This document shows positions 61,501 through 64,000 of a stretch of DNA of 64,000 nucleotides, in pieces. Origin of the DNA: Eledone cirrhosa (Eukaryota); the NCBI GenBank assembly GCA_964016885.1, contig OZ024743.1, forward strand, positions 213,156,001 through 213,220,000. Direction: 5' to 3'. The position numbers were made by a program, and so were the translations under genes. The notes beneath the pieces are model-generated. The model searched no databases, was not told where the DNA came from, and saw nothing but the letters and a program-made list of their open reading frames with translations. Positions within the stretch are counted from its first letter, which is position 1. Every line of letters starts with the position of its first letter.

Positions 61501-63108
61501 TGCCATACACAATAATAACAATATTAAAGTATTTACTCTCCAATGACAAGTTATCATTATTAGATATATTGAAAAGAACATCTACAATCCCTACGCTATA
61601 GGCAACAAATGTCAACTGCGTGACGTATATTCTGAACAATACATCATTTAATACCAAGATGTCTTACAATAGTTCCGATAAATTATAATTGTATGCTGAT
61701 GTATATATGCTTGTGCACCCAATTCAACTCATAATTGGAAATGTTCTATAGTACTCATGTGAACTGTTGTTTTAGTAAAAGCCAAGCGAAATTGTTATGG
61801 AAGTTTAGCACATAAACAGATCACGAGATAGAACATAAGCCTAACATTATTTTCCATGACAAGAATGGATCTAACCTACTAATTAACAATATGTCAATGC
61901 TATCTCGAGTAAATGATTGTAATTTAGTGTAGATTCGAGCTGAAAACTAGCAGTTGAACTAAAAATATTACAACAGGTAATATATCTGCCCATCATCTCA
62001 TTTGTATATTGATAACAACTTGAATGATACACAATCATTTCTGTTAGGATATTACAAAACTACCTCCAAGAACAGATGTTGGTGTATTTCAGAAAATTCG
62101 TAAAGATTGTTAAGGTCGACATCTACAGCATTTGTTACCTCATTTGTTAACCCTAAACAATGTTCTGCATGGCATTAATGATGTATTAAATTGTTTTGAG
62201 AAAAAAACAAAACAAAAAAAAACTGCTGATGCATTTCTAAAACCACGAAGAACAAAGCTAATAAAAATTTCTAAAGGAAAAAACAATAGTAATTATAATA
62301 CATAGTCATGATAACAACTCGAAGAATAACGAATGTCAACTAGGAACAATTGGGATAGGGTACTACTACTACTACTACTACTACTAATATGACGACGACA
62401 ATGAGATGATGATGGTGATGATCCCGCTATAGGCTGGTTTATTTTAGTTCAGTCAAAGAAAGTGTACGTGGACATTAAGATAAGTAGATTTCTTTATTCA
62501 TTTTGACTATTCTATTTGTTTTATTGTTTGTTAATTTGGTTTAATTGTTTAAGGGAATTTAATTTTAATTTGTTTAAATAACGTTCTGTTTCGTGTGTAC
62601 ATTTCTTTTTAGATACTTTATATTTGGCTAGTTTAAAAGTTGAGGATAAATTTTAATGTTTATTTCGTTTATACATGTCTATTTAATTATTTAGTTTGTC
62701 ATTTGAATTATTTCAGGATATTTTTGTTTTATTTAGTAATTCATATCTAGTCGTATTGTTTAATAATTTACCTAGGTTCATATCAATCATTTTTAGCTTT
62801 GAGACTTGTCATTGTTGGTCGAGTATAGGAGATTCGTGTTTCCTCGTTTTATCTCTTTTCACACTGGTTTCTGGCTTTCGTATTAAGTTTTTTGAAGTAG
62901 GTTATTTTTTATGCATTTAATAAATGTTCGCGATTTCAAATGCTTCAGGATAGGTTTGTTTGGGACTAACGGTAATTGCAAAGATAATGCTTTGTTAGGC
63001 GGGACATTGCTATGGCGTTTAAATAAATATATCTGTTAGTCATGGCAATGGGTCTTGTTAGTGTAGACGATTGCGCAGTAAGGTCGTAGTAGCTGCAGAT
63101 AATAAGAA

Positions 63109-63291
63109 ATAATTGTTTCTACTTTTGGCACAAGGCCAGCAATTACCCAGTGCATTACTGGTACTTTATTTTATCGACCCCGTAAGGATGAAAGGCAAAG
63201 TGAACCTCGGCGGGATTTGAACTCAGACCGTAGAGGGACGTAACTATGCTGGAAAGCATGGCGTCCGACTCTCTACCGATACTGCCAATCC
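63109..63291 (-). mobile_element. Meta-like SINE (young copy)
   Basis: Near-identical to the 38468 copy, in reverse orientation. Confidence 0.85.
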
Positions 63292-63605
63292 TTACTGATT
63301 ATTCTTATACAGAAACTGCGTAATATGACAGCTAAAACCTAAAAGAGTCTGGCCATATCCATATTTAGAGCGGCATAATGTTTGGGAAAAATAGATGATG
63401 TCTGAGGTAGGGATTATGGAGGATATCTTGGTTCTAGTATAGACATTTAGTTTGTAATTGACTTTGTTTTAATTAGTTATAAGTTTAACATTCGATGGGT
63501 GTTTTGTTTTCGGAGTAGATTATTTACGTATATGGACATTCAGTGATTACTTTGCGTTTGTTCCAGGTGTTTCTACGTTTAGTATTATTTGTTTATTTAC
63601 ACACA

Positions 63606-63725
<120 letters not shown>

Positions 63726-63777
63726 TATACGATAATTATTACAAGCCAGACAATTATATATATATATATATATATAA

Positions 63778-63826
63778 ATAACGAAAGAATTATGGTAAGG
63801 AGCCAGATGGACCATAACGCACCGGT
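63778..63826 (-). mobile_element. Terminal fragment of a relative of PLE 1, abutting (TA)n
   Basis: ATAACGAAAGAATTATGGTAAGGAGCCAGATGGACCATAACGCACC aligns with 48538-48583. Confidence 0.7.
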
Positions 63827-63897
63827 ATAAGGATTATTTAAGTTCAACCGATTACATACGGAATGATCAAGTAGTAGAACATGCGATTTATTCGATC

Positions 63898-64000
<103 letters not shown>

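Noticed and set aside
62900-63100. Possible decayed PLE thumb fragment (YLFKRHSNVP) on the minus strand
   Set aside because: Similarity rests on a few residues with stops; not supportable without an alignment.

Overview
AT-rich, microsatellite-saturated eukaryotic intergenic or intronic DNA. The repeat spectrum (tRNA-derived Meta- and CORE-type SINEs, mariner MITEs, Penelope-like elements) suggests an octopus or other coleoid mollusc; this is an inference. No host exon could be supported, and most short ORFs in the track are microsatellite translations. Main contents: (1) a full-length, apparently intact L1/Tx1-type LINE (~3403-9117) stacked with two 5'-truncated sister copies inside one (TATC)n tract, plus a fourth decayed copy; (2) two Penelope-like retroelements (PLEs; RT + GIY-YIG, probably Naiad-like), one with an intact ORF, a perfect 140-bp 5' palindrome and a 3' hammerhead ribozyme (HHR); (3) about a dozen hand-folded HHR motifs, many in short fold-back elements beside (TA)n tracts, showing three variants of the core 3:8 pair (C:G, U:A, G:C); (4) bipartite non-autonomous RTE elements, mariner relics and MITEs, two non-autonomous Helitron-like elements, a CRE-like fragment, many SINEs and a 3.3-kb satellite of 51-bp palindromic units. 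All RNA folds and alignments were done by eye, and boundaries of old repeats are approximate.
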